This document shows positions 37,546 to 52,687 of a stretch of 64,000 nucleotides of DNA, one piece after another (positions within the stretch are counted from its first letter, which is position 1; each line of letters begins with the position of its first letter). A program made the translations under genes and the position numbers. The stretch is from Chrysomallon squamiferum (lineage: Eukaryota; Animalia; Mollusca). The notes beneath the pieces are model-generated. The model had not been told where the DNA came from. It ran no database searches and saw only the letters and a list, made by a program, of their open reading frames with translations. The DNA lies in the NCBI GenBank assembly GCA_012295275.1, contig CM022670.1, positions 20,584,001-20,648,000 on the forward strand. The letters are read 5' to 3'.

Positions 37546-38342
37546 TCAAGACTTACACCATAAAATATCATGTGCAGAATCTTTTCTCAGCAATGTGTCT
37601 GGATTCAGTAGCACTTTCAGATTTGCTTGTGTGAATGCTTTCATGTTTTTACGTTTTAGAAACTGAATGACTTTCTCAGCTCTAACAAGATCCATGTCTG
37701 TCAATATTAGCATCTCCATTAAAATGTACTTGACATTAACATCTGTGAAAAATCGCTTTGCTCCTTTGTCTCTCGGTCCTGTACAGACATGCAAATTCTT
37801 TTCGCTGTCTGTGGTAAAGCTTCTACTGCCACAACTCGTTTTCCTATTTTAGCTAGAGCTTATGCACCCAGATTAGCACCCATGTCTTGAAAATCCATGG
37901 TCTTGTCTTTTGTCATAATATCAATGACCATTTTCATTAGTTCAGGTTCCCATTTTCCTTTCTCTATTATTGATCTCGATACAAATCTGTCCGTTTGATT
38001 AGGGTAGACATATATAGGTACATTTCCAGTCATTGTTTTCAAATTTGTTTTCACGGTGTTGTGTTTATCTGGACAGTCTATATCTGACGGTTTCCACCTG
38101 CCGTCGTGTCTGACAAGAACACTGCACGAACAAACGCCTGTTTTTGTCTTTAACGAAGTAAAATACTGTTTCAGCATGGAATCCGTTGATGACTTCACAT
38201 TATCTGGAGTGTTGATGCTGGCTGAAAATATGTCCCAAGGAGAGTTCAGATCAGGCGAATGCCACATCCACATGACAAATAATGTTATTATCATTAACAA
38301 AAGCAGAATTCGCCATTTTCCCCACACCAAGGATTTATTCAT
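37546..38342 (-). pseudogene. FkbM-family methyltransferase pseudogene
   Basis: Close paralog of 46368-47405. Motif I reads FQDMGANLGA then TAA; 4-bp deletion and ~230 bp of internal deletions remove the KIDxE motif. Confidence 0.88.
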
Positions 38343-40796
38343 TTCAAACAAATTAAATTGTTTTTTCTGATATCTGAAAAAATAAGGAAAGAATATATAT
38401 TATATATATACACACATCTAATACTTTCAGAAATGGATATTTGAATTTTATTACTCAGATTTTGTTAGCAACGAAATATATTAAATCATATATCAGCAAA
38501 TACACATTTAACTGTTGCGTTAAGTGAAGTGTAACTATTAGCTGGTATTCCCGTTATAATAATTGTTTTAACTGGAGTGAAAGACGCGGTAGTGATAAAT
38601 GACAAATTGGCTCAATGTTTGTTTAACGACACTCCAAAGTAATAATCTGCTGCTGGGTGTCATTGTATGATCACAGTGGTGATACGTATAACAAAATGTA
38701 TCAGTGTAAAAAGCTGCTTTATTATATTTTGAACTGTATATAATTAATAGAATTAACATACGAACTATAATCGCATACATCGTTTAAAATTTATGATAAA
38801 AATTAATTATAGTACTAACGAAAAGAGCAGAACATCAGTGTATTCACTGAGCTATCGAATAATTACAAATAAAACTAAATCGTAATATTTTGTACCTATA
38901 ACAATTATTCCTACCCTTTAAAATTACAAATCTCTGTAGATAACTTAATAAGAAATAAACTAATGCAAAATAATTTGATTCATTGTCGTCAGTATATTAA
39001 TTAATGCAAGGCTTCGTTTTCTTTTCCTGAAAATATTCAGAACATTTACAGGGTAGGAACAATAGATAGGTTGTTCACGACTAACTGAATTTAGACAGAC
39101 TCATACAGACAGATTCTGAAATTTACTTGATTGTAAACCTGTAACTCATTTTCAAGATAAGGACTTTTTTGATTATTATTTTTTTTTTGCTTAACCAGGA
39201 GAATATATAAACAAGTGTGTTATTATATGCAACATGAAAAACCATCCAGGAACGTTTATCTAAGCAATCTGAGCATGCCTTTGTACTCTTTGTTGTGCAA
39301 CTAATGGATGTCGCGCATCACCACGTTATATACGAATGTAAACCATGAAGACAAAAACCAGTCAGATGATGTGGCGATAAACTCAGTGAGCACTAGTAAG
39401 GGAGCATCCGATAAAGGATAGCACAATGCAAAAAAATACGTCAAGATTTAGATATATTTTTCTGTCTTGTGTCATCTTGCTGAGGTTAGGCCCAACAATG
39501 GGACAATTCGCCTACACAATAGTACTGATTAAAATACATGAATTTAAAAGTCAGTTTTATTTTGTTTTGCTTTGTTTGTTTGTTGCTGTTGTTTTAGTTA
39601 CTTAAAATTTTTAAATGTTAATTATAGAATTGGGCTTTTATGCAAAATTCAAAATAAAAGAAAGGAGATATCGCCTTCGGTCGTTTCTAATACCAATATT
39701 TCAGACTGCGTCTTGAGTAAGCTTGCTAAGTAAATTTTAGGTTTCGCTTTATCATCATGTCGAGTACTGGCAGGCGTGAATAGATTTGATATTAATAGGA
39801 AAAGATATTGTTATTTAAATGTTATTACGGCAATACTAATGATTCAGAAGCATATCGTGTTTTTTTGTGGGTTTTTTAAAGGTTGTCATGGAGCTTCTAA
39901 AGAAGTCGCATGTGACTCGTTACGTAACCAAGTTAGAACCCAGCAACAGTCGTAACACTCTTTCTCCAAAATAGCCTTAACTGTACATACAAATATATTT
40001 TATATATGATGACGATGATACTGTCAGGACCTGTGCGCATGTGTGTGAAAAACTATGAACGTAACATTCATTAAAAAAGGCGTAACATTCCTTAAGGAGA
40101 GTGTTTAATTATCATGAAATAAAATATATTCGATTGGTGTAATTAACAGAACTGTCATGTGAATGTTGTAACGTAATATGCACATGTATACAAATTATTT
40201 TAGCAATAATGTTATAATTTTATTAATACTGTTAATACCAGCGACCATACGTCCTCGCAAAACTTATTATCTTTTCATTTTAAATTTAATTATTGGTTGC
40301 TATATGGAAATAAACCATTAATTAAAAGAGTACATACGAATTGATATGACCTGTATTTTCGTATGAATTATAATTTACAAAAACATATCTATCTATCTAT
40401 CTGCTTAAAATCTTAAAAATTTATAATGTTGATGCTTATTCGATATCTGTTATAATTTGTTTTAATAATATATACATATTTTTCATATACAGAAAAAATA
40501 TAACAAACTATTTAATGATATGCAGGTGATACTTTATTAAGAAAATTATTATGTAATATGTTCTACATAAATTACAATGAAAAACAAGAAGAACGAGAAC
40601 CAAATAAAATAAAAAAAAAAATCAAAGAAATACTGAAAACAGCGGTATATACTATAATCTAAATACAATAAATATATAAAAAAAAACAACAACCTGTAAA
40701 CAACAATTAAATCTTAATAAGAGTATTAAACATTACTTGAAAAGTCCAGTGCAATTTTAATTGTTTTTCTCTTGCTCTTCTGACATCCAGTTACAG

Positions 40797-41909
40797 TTAC
40801 TTAATAATGCGAGAATTACAATAGTAAATATATCTAAATAATTCACCAACGGTATTCTTTAATGTTTTTATCATTTCAGAATTGTAATTCAGCTTTCGAT
40901 ACTTAAACCACAAATGAATGACATAGTTCTTGTTCTTCCAGTCAAACTTTTCCCCGATAGCATAAAGCTGATTCATTTCTTATTCGTCATAATTAGGACG
41001 ACAGATAGATGATTTTTCTGTATGAATTAAATTTCTGTATTTGATAGCTAACTGGGCTGGAAGCTGAATCGAATGTTCGTTCCAGACTTTGTCATTAAAC
41101 GTTGAGTAATTCGAATGCCATATTTTCATGAAGTCTGACCAAGGTGCAGCAATGAGCACACCATTGCACAAACCAACGTCACTTTCGTATCCCATTACCA
41201 TTTCGTATTTCAGTAAAGGGTCCAAAGGTTTAACAACAATCGAATCCAAATCAAAATACATTCCTCCAAATTCTAGCACAGCTTCCAGGCGCATGACCTC
41301 AGAGATATGTTGCGGAACTTTTACCGGTCGACCATATATTTTATTTTGGAATTAGTTTCTTAATTAGATAGAGATTATGAACCATTTTGTCGCATCAATC
41401 CATAAATATGTTATGTCAGGTTGTAAAAATTTCTGTGCTGCTAAAAGTGCTATCATGTAATGGAACAAAAAAGGTTTCTGTTCCGGATCAAGACAGGAAA
41501 GCCCGACGAAGTGTACCAAATTTGCAACAACTCGTCGATCGTGTTTTATAGTTTTGTTATAATTCAATTGTGATGTTAGCATTTGTTTAAAAGTACTGTT
41601 CCTGTGGTAGATATAATATTCCACAGATTTATTTTCTTTCAGTATGTTGGGTTCCAAGCATAAATAATTATTTTGTTTGGAAACTCCAGAATAGTTTTTT
41701 CTTACATCTTGCTTAGAATCTTGGAAAGTCTGGAATACAGTTTTCTTTAAGAAATTTTCGAAATTGATATTCGAATTCACAACGCGATAAACCAAAACAG
41801 ATATTATTGTTAAATTGCAGAATACAATTTTGAAGAATTTTCTTTCACGTTACCGTTTTAGTGCCAGAGTAAAAGAAAAAGAAATTTTTTGAGTTTCATA
41901 TCTCCACAT
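40797..41909 (-). pseudogene. GT32 / DXD-motif glycosyltransferase (A4GNT/A4GALT-like), disrupted
   Basis: N-terminal anchor KFFKIVFCNLTIISVLVY; NLVHFV, SEVMRLEAVLEFGGMYFDLD, GLCNGVLIA, WNEHS and VIHLW motifs; single coding exon. Disrupted by a stop near the start, a frameshifting deletion near 41395 and an in-frame TAA at 40980-40982. Confidence 0.85.
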
Positions 41910-42848
41910 TATATTGTAATAAAAATTTATTTTTATCTTTTCGAAGCAACGTAGTAAATAGTAGATTTTAAAAATAATTATTTCTAACAATACTGAAGAA
42001 AAAAAAGGACTGGTTTTTTAGACCATAGGAAACAGTATCTTTGTCAGCGTAGTTTCCATTCGTCTGTCAACAACAGGACATATATATATATATATATTCT
42101 AGAAATATTTATGTAATATATCACAGGAAAATGGTGTAAAACTGGTTCAGCTTAGTATATCACTGATTAACTTTCCCAATCTTCTTATTAGAAATATATA
42201 TTATTATAATTAATGTAAAATAAGTTAATCTTAGGTTTACTGGATGTTATTATATTTTAATTATGTCCAAAATACGCATGTTCAAATTAATACAAAACAT
42301 AATAATTATGTTAACGCTTGTTACCTGATTCATCCTAGAACGTTTTGAATACATACTGATGTAAAAGCCAGATCACAATACTAATGCAGTTTTTGCTCAA
42401 AATTCCGAACACATCTGTTTTCAATGAAGAATTTTAAAGAGGTCACTTTATAGTTAAAAAAATGAATATGTTCAAAAATAAATTATAGATACAGACTAAC
42501 AGATGCAATTTAAATAAATTATTCTGAATATCCTAGACATGGGGTGCGCAACTGGCGGCTGTGGGAAAGATGTCGCCTCATCACATTTAACATCTCATTT
42601 GAAATATAACGAGGCTGCGTGTCAGTATAAACATTCATACACCATCAGTTTCCTCTGACTGTGTTTGATGCCGTACAGAACAAGGCATCCAGTATTCATT
42701 TTCAGATCCGAGGGTTTTAAAGTTGTTATTTAATAAAAGTAATAAATAGTATTAAGTCAAAGTGATTCACTGTTAGAAAATTCTACAAAATCATATATGT
42801 TACGCTTTCAATTTTAATGAAATTTGTGCGGCCGTAAGCTCTGCGTCT

Positions 42849-43122
42849 ATGAGCACACCATTACACAAACCGGTGAGCATAATTCTTTTGGAATTTCTTT
42901 CTTAATGAGATAGAGATCATGAATCTTTTGTCGCATTTCTTTAAAGTGTTTTCATTTTGGAATGTAATCAATCCATACATATATTCGGTCAGCTTGCAAA
43001 CGTTTCTGTGCTGCTAAAAATGCTATCATGTAATGGAACAGAAAAGGTTTCTGTTTAGTACCAAGACAGTTTAGAATTTGTTCAAAGTATTGTTCCTGTG
43101 GTAGATATAACATTCAACAGAT
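42849..43122 (-). pseudogene. Compacted GT32 relic with several internal deletions
   Basis: Pieces match GT32 segments: gcacaccattacacaaacc; ttgtcgcatttctttaaa; tgtgctgctaaaaatgctatcatgtaatggaacagaaaaggtttctg; gttcctgtggtagatata. Confidence 0.75.
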
Positions 43123-46039
43123 CTCAGTCTCACGTATTACTATTATCCATTCATGACGTTGCCAGTTTTACGTTGTAATTAGTGGTTGTAGCACTGGGGA
43201 CGTGGGGCTGTGAATTATTTTTTACTTGTTATCAGCATTATATTTAAAGTTTTCTTCTTGTGCTTTTCATTGATATTAACATTATTCTGTATGAATATTT
43301 AACTCTGATAAGTTAATCATTTTATCTATTTTAGTTAAATAATTTAAATATGTTATTTCTCTTTCTTAATTATCTTTTATATCCCTAAAAGCTTCTATCG
43401 TCAAACACAAAGTTATTAGCTAATTTAGTGAACAAAATTTGTATTTGATGGATTTAATAGTCGTCTATTTTTTTTTTAGTAGATAATTTAAATATGATGT
43501 TTCTGTTTGTTCATTGTATACTACTTTTATTACTACTATTACTAATTATTTTACTACTAAAATACTATTTACTGATGATAATAATAATGAAGATGATAAA
43601 GAGAATGGTGATAATGATGATACTAAAAATAATACCATTAATAAAAACAATAATAAAATTATAACTGTATGCTCTTGAAATATTCTGTATTAAGATTATA
43701 TGCGAAAAGTAGAAATGATATTAACAGCAGAAAGACCACTGAAAATGAGAAATAATTGTTTAGATTATGATATTAACTGATAATAATTAAATATAATCAG
43801 CGTTGTGGGTCAATCTGGGAGCAGTTCTGAAACTTAGTGAAAGTTTAATGTTTTTATGAAATGTTTATCGCGCAACACGATCTATCCCGATTTGAATTGT
43901 TGAATTGCTGTATATTAATTTTCAGTTGTAACAGCTGTGTCTTTACACATGAGTCAGCTTGATGACGACATCCTAACCACCGAATTTTCAAACTTCAACG
44001 AAAGAGGCATAATGTTTGAGAAAAACTGTAAAACTTTGACACTTCTGAGTAAGAAATAAGGTATTCTGAAAAAAACAATGTAACAATATAATTTCAGTGA
44101 CATCAGGTTAATATACCTCACGATATTATTTAGTGTATACAGTATTATTTTATAATCAGAAAAATCATGTAAATAGTTTTATGTTAAAAAGTGGATAATA
44201 ACAGGAACATGTTCTATGTTGTTGATCGTTCATTTTCTGTCGTTTCATTTGTCACCCATTCCATGCTCTCAGTCTCACGTATTACTATTATCCATTCATG
44301 ACGTTGCCAGTTTTACGTTGTAATTAGTGGTTGTAGCACTGGGGACGTGGGACTGTGAATTGTTTTTCACCATGTTATCAGCAATATATTTAAAGTTTTC
44401 TTCTTGTGCTTTTCATTGATATTAACATTATTCTGTATGAATATTCAACTCTGATAAATTAATCAAGATATCTGTTTTAATAGGTAATTTAAAAATAGCA
44501 TTGATCTTTCTTAATTATCTTTTATATCCCTAAAAGCTTCTATCGTCAAACACAAAGTTATTAGCTAATTTAGTGAACAAAATTTGTATTTGATGGATTT
44601 AACAGTCGTCTAATTTTTTTTAGTAGATAATTTAAATATGATGTTTCTGTTTGTCCATTTGATTCCTATAAGCTTCTATCTTCAAATACATAATTACATG
44701 TTTGAACAAAAATATCATTTTAAATATGTGAATAACACATGAAAAATAAATCATATGATACAGTCATTGAGTTTGTATTCCATAATTTTGAAAATGTTTA
44801 TAGGTTATCGTTAAAAAGTTTCAGTAATATCTAAAAGTATATCATTATTATATACCTGAAAGACCTATCCGGGTTATTAATAATGAATTCCTGAGGCAAT
44901 CAAATATTTAAAAGAAAAACAAAAACCAAAAAAAAAAAAAAAAAGACCAAAAAAACCAGACACACACACAGACACAGACACAAACACACAAAATCTGAAC
45001 TAGTAGCTATTTTCAACATGATCATCATCATCATCATCATCATATTATTATTATTATTATTTTTATTATTAAAAAGTACGTAGACAATGGCTACTTTAAT
45101 ATTTCACTGAAAGCTTTGAAAAATAACTGACATATATTTATAAAAAGGATAATTGCGGATGGACGTTTGTGTTAGTATCCATAGTGTAGTGTCATCTTCA
45201 ATTTAGGTACATATTATGTAAATATTATTCTACGATTTGTTTTTCTGAAGAGGTCAGATAAAACCTTCTGAGATGACTTTCGCTTCAGAATCTTTTCAGA
45301 TCAACACATTTTACTTCTCATCGTTTAAAATTGAAAAAATAAAATAAAATTAAATAAAAAATACAAAAAAATCCCGCTGTTCATTCAAATATCCTTATAA
45401 CGTTATTAAAACACTGAATATATTTGAAACACAATTCCATAATGATAAAATTTGAAGAAAATATTTGAAGAGAGATAGACAGAAAAAAACAAAAAGAAAC
45501 AAAGAAAGAAAACAGACCTGAACGGGAAACCTAATATGAAAGGATTAAATTCACTTGTCCTCGTTTTATTTTGAAACGTGAAAATAAATTCCTTTTCTCC
45601 ACCTGACTAGAAGAAAATTAATGAGAAAAGGTACGCTATACATCAGAATGAAAACTCAATTGCTTTGTAAGCCACGGTGCAACTAGACACCATTTTATGA
45701 ATTATTTATGTTTGTGGTAGCATCAGAACAACACATTTTGTAAAACTTATTGATCAGGCGTAGGCCTAAATTGCAATATAACATAACATTTTTTTTTCTT
45801 CTTTTTTAAATGGGTATTTGTGTATATATATATGGCTGTGTTTCTATGTATGCGGCAGGTAATATTACGTAATAGAATTAACAATAAAATGAATATACCT
45901 TGAGTATACCAGAATTTGTTTAAAACTGAATTTAATCTAGTGTCTTGATATCAAACGTGATTTTACCAGTTTCCGTTTTCATCCTGATCTGTAAGGTTTG
46001 TTCAGTTAAAGAAGAATATACAATGATTAAGAGAGAGAG

Positions 46040-46142
<103 letters not shown>

Positions 46143-46367
46143 ATGTACATGGAAAGAGAGACATTTGGAGTTATCTCACTGAATATTATGCATATACACA
46201 TGTGCACTCATAATATATGGTCCATATAGATATATATATTCAGAATATAGTACGTGATGTTCATATTAGTTATGAAATAAAGCAGTGAAACCAACCATTA
46301 TAAAGTGTTTTCTTTATTTGTATTTCAGTATATATATTCTTTTTTTTATTCCTTACATAAACATATT

Positions 46368-47405
46368 TCAAGATTTACACCATAAAATATCATGTGCAGA
46401 GCCTTTTCTCAACAATGAGTCTGGATTCAGTGGCACTTTCAGATTTGCTTTTGTGAATGGTTTCATGTTCTTACTTTTTAGAAATTGAATGATTTTCTCA
46501 GCTCTAACAAGATCCATGTCTGTGAATATTAGCATCTCCATTAAAATGTACTTGACATTAACTTCTGTGAAAAATCGCTTTGCTCCTTCCAAAATTTTAA
46601 TTTCGTGTCTTTCGGCATCTATCTTCATAAAAACATTTTTCGTTGGAAATATTTCTAAAATGTCATCGAGTAAAATCGATTCTACTGAGTTTTTTAAGTT
46701 TACACTTTTATTTGTACTTTCGATGATATAGGTTGCACCCACATTGTGTTTATTGAAACCAAAACTGAACCGACTTCGTTTGTTAGAAATAGCATTATTA
46801 ATTATTAATGGAATGAATCCTGTGAAATTTGCTTCCTGTACAGACATGCAAAGTTTTTTTGCTGTCTCTGGCAAAGCTTCTACTGCCACAACTCGTTTTC
46901 CTATTTTAGCTAGTGTTAGAGCATATGCACCCAGATTAGCACCGATGTCTAGAAAATCCATGGTATTGTCTTTTGTCATGATATCAGTGACCATTTTCAT
47001 CAGTTCAGGTTCCCACTTGCCTTTCTCTATTATTGACCTCGATACAAATATGTCCGTTTGTTTAGGGTAGACATATATAGGTACATTTCCAGCCATTGTT
47101 TTTAAATTTGTTTTCACCGTGTTGTGTTTATCTGGACAGTCTATATATGTCGGTTTCCACCTGCTGTCATGTCTGACAAGAACACTGCACGAACAAACGC
47201 CTGTTTTTGTCTTTAAAGAAGTAAAATACTGTTTCAGTATGGAATCCGTTGGTGACTTCACATTATCTGGAGTGTTGATGCTGGCTGAAAACATGTCCCA
47301 AGGAGAGTTCAGATCAGGCGAATGCCACATCCACGTGACAAATAATGTTATTATCATGAACAAAATCAGAATTTGCCAATTTCTCTTCACCAACAATTTA
47401 TTCAT
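46368..47405 (-). CDS. FkbM-family (Methyltransf_21) SAM-dependent methyltransferase with type II membrane anchor, ~345 aa
   Basis: Uninterrupted ORF from MNKLLVKR; hydrophobic WQILILFMIITLFVTWMW; motifs WEPE, FLDIGANLGAYAL, VVAVEAL, MKIDAERHE, ILME. Likely acceptor at 47437-47438; the upstream ORF extension is microsatellite. Confidence 0.9.
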   Translation of the reverse strand: MNKLLVKRNWQILILFMIITLFVTWMWHSPDLNSPWDMFSASINTPDNVKSPTDSILKQYFTSLKTKTGVCSCSVLVRHDSRWKPTYIDCPDKHNTVKTNLKTMAGNVPIYVYPKQTDIFVSRSIIEKGKWEPELMKMVTDIMTKDNTMDFLDIGANLGAYALTLAKIGKRVVAVEALPETAKKLCMSVQEANFTGFIPLIINNAISNKRSRFSFGFNKHNVGATYIIESTNKSVNLKNSVESILLDDILEIFPTKNVFMKIDAERHEIKILEGAKRFFTEVNVKYILMEMLIFTDMDLVRAEKIIQFLKSKNMKPFTKANLKVPLNPDSLLRKGSAHDILWCKS

Positions 47406-48706
47406 TTCGAATAAATTAAATTGTATTATTTTATAACTGAAAAAGTAATAAAAGAATATATATATATATACATATAATTTCGTGTATATATATATATACA
47501 CACACACACACACATCTACGTATACACAGTACACATCGAATACTTTTAAAAATACATTCATCAGATTGTGCTTTTGAATGCATATTTGAATTTCATTTCT
47601 CGAAATATATTAAATCATATATCACCTAATACACATTTAACTATTGCATTAAGTGAAGTGTAACTATTAGCTGGTATTCCCGTTATAATAACTGTTTTAA
47701 CTGGAGTGAAAGACGCGGTAGTAATAAATGACAAATTGACTCAATATTTGTTTAACGACACTCCAAAATAATAATCTGCTTCTGTGTGTCATTGCATGAT
47801 CACAGTGGTGATACGTATAACAAAATATTCAAGTGTAAAAAGGTGCTTTATTATATTTTGAACAATATGTAATTAATAAAATCAAAATACGGACTATTAT
47901 CACAGATATCGTTTAAAATCTGTAATAAAATTTACATTTAAAATTTCTAATAAAAATTATCTATAGTACTAACAAAAAGAGCAGTACCTCAGTGCATTCA
48001 TTGAGCTATGGAATAATTAGAAATGAACCTAAATTGTATTTAGTACCCATTAAAATTATTCCTTGTAGAAAACTTAGTAAGAAACAAATTAATACAAAAA
48101 AGTGGTCATAAGCAAGGTTTATTTAAACAGTCTGAACGTGCACAGATAACTATTATTATAGAAAACACAGATTTTATACAAAAATCAAAGAGATTAACAA
48201 TATCATTATGATAACCCAAAATCATATGATACATTACAACATTTATTTATTTCAAAAAGGTACTTTAAGATTTATTGGGAGTAGTATATATGAATTTATT
48301 AACTTTCAAACTTTTGTTTGGTATAATATATAATGAAAAAAATGTTTTCTTATTTTAATTTACACGCGGCCATTTTGTTATTTCACTAAAAATGCTTCGT
48401 TCTTGAACAACAAAGTTTCTTTGCTCTGTTGATTTAGTTCACATATCTTTGTAGAAATATCAAAGTTGATGGACGACACATGTCTCTGAAGAGACAAGCC
48501 AAACACACTGTAACAATCGGATATTCTGCATTATACTCTATCAGGTGTTCGAAATTGTGGATGTCTGAACAGCATCAGCAACAACAAGAATACTAATTAT
48601 AATTATAAATAAATAAGTGTGTGACTAACTAGCTAAATAAAATTAATAAATAAATATACAAAAATACACATATCCAAGAAAACTAAAATTGGAAAATATT
48701 CCATCA

Positions 48707-48779
<73 letters not shown>

Positions 48780-49455
48780 ATTGCAATTTTGATAAAACAA
48801 AACTGAGTTCATACCAGATTGGATATTTTCTAACAATGAGTTACCATGTAACCAGGTTTCAGTTCTGTGACACAAACACACAAACACACAAACACGTGAT
48901 CTAATATACCCACTTTGACCCTTTCGTAATCGAGATAAAACTCACGTGAACTGTGGCAGTTTCAAACCATAAACTGATAATTATATAGGTCAAATAAAAA
49001 AGATGACTATACAGCAATACACCCTTATCGTTTCTCATTAACATGAAATAAAACATCCAGATCTGGGTTTGTTTAAATAACTGGTGGGGTGTGGTATTTA
49101 TATTTCAACTACTACAACTAATATTAGTTGTTTTACTACAAATACTACTATTACTACAACTGCCAACAGTACTGTTGCTGCTACAGCTTTACTTCCACTA
49201 ATAATATCAAAACCATTAAACTGTTATTAGTACTACAACTACTTTAACTACTGTTACTATATTTGATAATAATACTTCTAATTCTACCATTATCACCATT
49301 AGCTACTACTGCTACTATTATTACTATTATTACTACTACAACCAATATATTACTAGTGGTACTAATACTACAGATGTTAATACAACAACTACTACTGCTA
49401 TTGCTACTACTACTACTACTACTACTATTACTACTACTACTACTACTACTACTAT

Positions 49456-49491
<36 letters not shown>

Positions 49492-49879
49492 GACTGAATC
49501 AGTTGCTATTAGTATTACTGCTACTAATACTGTCATGTAAATTCACATTTCTTTATGATCAAATTTTTTGGTTTGTTTAATATTAACAATATCATTTGTT
49601 TAAACTATTTATATTTAGTCATAGATGTTCAACTCGTGTGTATTAATGTATTACTAAAACACGTATTAGCGGTAACATGACCTGCTAAACTGTTTTGTCT
49701 AGAATCAATTTACTTGGCTGTTTTAACTTTATTACCTAGAGATACACACAGTACAAGTCAGCTTTCCACACACCCACACACACACAGTACACACACAGAG
49801 AAGCATTATTTCCATTTATGAGAATTCTGTGGATCGTGTATCTCAGCAGATTTAATTTCAAATTATCTTTTTTGTTATT

Positions 49880-49942
<63 letters not shown>

Positions 49943-52687
49943 AACTACAATGTAAGGCATTTGGTTAATCTATCGATATTTTTATATTGTGAACGTCGAA
50001 AAAAAAATCAAACAATTTAAGAAATAATAAATAAAGAAATAACTTTAAATATTTAAAATTTTAAAAATATATAAGAAATGTAAAATGGAAAAATAAAGAA
50101 CTAGTATTAACGTTAAATTTGGTTGCAATGTATTGACTGAAAATTATATATATATTAATAATATTAAAAATAATTATACTTTTGTTTCTATTCATTATGA
50201 AGACGATAATGAAAATGATGATATAAATAATAAAAATCACTCTGCTACTACTGCTTCGACTATTAAGACTACCACTTTTACTGCTATTAGTGCTACTATT
50301 ACTGCTGTTGTTAAGACTAATTATGAATATGATAATAAAGATGATGAATATGATATAAATAATAATCATCACACTGCTACTGCTACTACTACTTCTACTA
50401 CTGTTACTAATTATTTTACTATTAAAATACTACTATTTGCTGATTATAATAATGATGAAGATGATAAAGATAATGGTGATGATGATGATTATAAAAACAA
50501 TAATATTAATAATAACAACAATAAAATTATAACTGTATGTTCTTGAAATATGTCTGTATTAAGAATACCTGAAGAAAGTATGAAATGACATTAACAGCAG
50601 AAAGACCACAAGCATGTATTGCTTGTGCATAAAATAATGATACGGCTCGTAATTCAGTGCAATTTCGTCACTAGTTCTAATATAGATTTCCGCAGACCAA
50701 AAAAAAATCGCACAATGATCTTTTGTAAAATTTATTTATTTATTTATTTATTTTAATGTATAGACGCAGAATTTAAAGTACACACATATTATTAACAATA
50801 AACACCGATTACGTTTGTAAATCGAAAGATGGGACAGTCTATGTATCAACTAGTTTAAACCGATGATTGTTAATGAAGAAAAAAACAAGAATCAGAACAC
50901 TCATTACTTAGTTTTCAGAGATTGTAAAGAAATAATAATTTAAAAAAGTACATACTCCCACCAAACCCGAAAGTATTTGTTCTGTGTTGTTGTCCGTTCA
51001 TTTTCTGTCGTACGATTTGTTGTCACCCATTCCATGCTCTCAGTCTCACATATTCCTGTTATCCATTCATGACGTTTTTCACCATGTTATCAGCATTAAA
51101 CTTAATATTTACTTCTTGTGGTTTTCATTGATACTAATATTATTCTGTATGAATATTCAACTCAGATAAGTTAATCAAGATATCTGGTTTAATAGGTAAT
51201 TAAAATATGGTATTTCTCTCTCTGAATTATGCTATAGACTACCTTTTATATTCCTAAAAGATTCTGTCTTCAAAGGCAAAATTATTAGCTAATTTAGTGA
51301 ACAAAATTTCCAAGGGGACAGGATTACCGGTCTGAGCAACCAGTCTTACTCTTTTACCTTTACCATTCGTCTTAGTGTTCATTAATAGCTTAAACTCAAA
51401 CCTCGCAGTTGTTTTTAGTAGTTTGTTTGTCAATGTGAGTTTTTTGGGGGGCTTTGTTTGTTTCTTGTTTTGTTATTCTGAGCTAGATTTGTATTTAATT
51501 TATTTGCATCGGATCTGTCAAACACGGAGTGTTTTTCTGAAGTACAAAATGCGATAGACGTTTGTCGTTTCTAGCGGCCTCCAAGGTTTGTCGAGAGAAG
51601 CCTTTCTGAATGTTCGAATAATTTCTACAGAATTGTAGGTGTCCGCTGGAAGACCTGGTACAGATTTTCCTTTTTGTCACTGGAAGTGCCTTGCTCTAGG
51701 CTGGTCGACGCTTAGGTGGATGGTGGGCTGATTATAGAGTTGAAAGTCGTGGAACAACTACTACTAGCAACGGATTTTTATGTTTATGCGTGTGCACAGT
51801 AAAAAAAAAAAAAAAAAAAAAAAAAAATTGTCAAAAACGTCTTAATGAAGAATCAAAATCCACAAAACACAGATCCTATTGACCTGTAAAGGAATGCAAT
51901 GCCTTAATTATAAATAAATAATGTTTCAGTCAAAATGACACGTTTAGGTTTAATAATTATTTTGTGTGCTTTTCTCGTCTGTCAAATTGGGAGCAGTTCT
52001 AAAACGTAGTGAAGTGTTAATGCTCCAAAGAATATTTTTATTAAATGTTTACCGCGTAATAAGACCCTTCCCGACTGTTGAATTGCTTCACATGTAAGTC
52101 AGCTTGATGATATCCTAACCACCGAATTTAGAAAATTTCAAATGTTTGAGGAAAACTGCAGAAATTTGACACTGCTGTGTTTGAGAAATAAGATATTTTG
52201 TAAAATTACATATAACAATATAATTTCAGTCACATCAGGCTTATATACATCACGGTATTATTTTAAAATATTTAAAGTATAAAGCATTATTTTATAATGA
52301 GAAAAATCATGTAAATAGTTTTACCTCAGGGTATTGAATAGTTACAATTAAAACTAATCTGAAGTAAGATTTATGACTATTAGAATTATTCCTATGCTTT
52401 AAAATGATACATATAAAAATATTTCAGCGAGTAAACTGAAAAGTGTGACAAATCTAAATTTGAAAACTAGACTTAAGCAACGTTTATTTAAACAGACTGA
52501 ACGTGCCTTTCATTTAAGAAATATAACGTGCCTAAGTTATCTCTAACATATTATCTCCGATTACTCGTAAAGCCATGCCAACTCGGGTGGTGACCTACCC
52601 GAAACAGAGAGCTCTAAATGGGACTGCTTTATTTCCACAGAGATAACTTAGGAGGTTTATTGTTCTTAAATGCAATAAAAAATAAAC

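Noticed and set aside
47406-47561. N-terminal extension of the 397-aa FkbM ORF
   Set aside because: It runs through (TG)n/(TA)n repeats and a splice acceptor, and is not conserved in the paralog; the start was placed at 47405.
50133-50546. 137-aa D/N/T-rich ORF
   Set aside because: It is a degenerate trinucleotide repeat, and the homologous spacer copies do not keep the frame.
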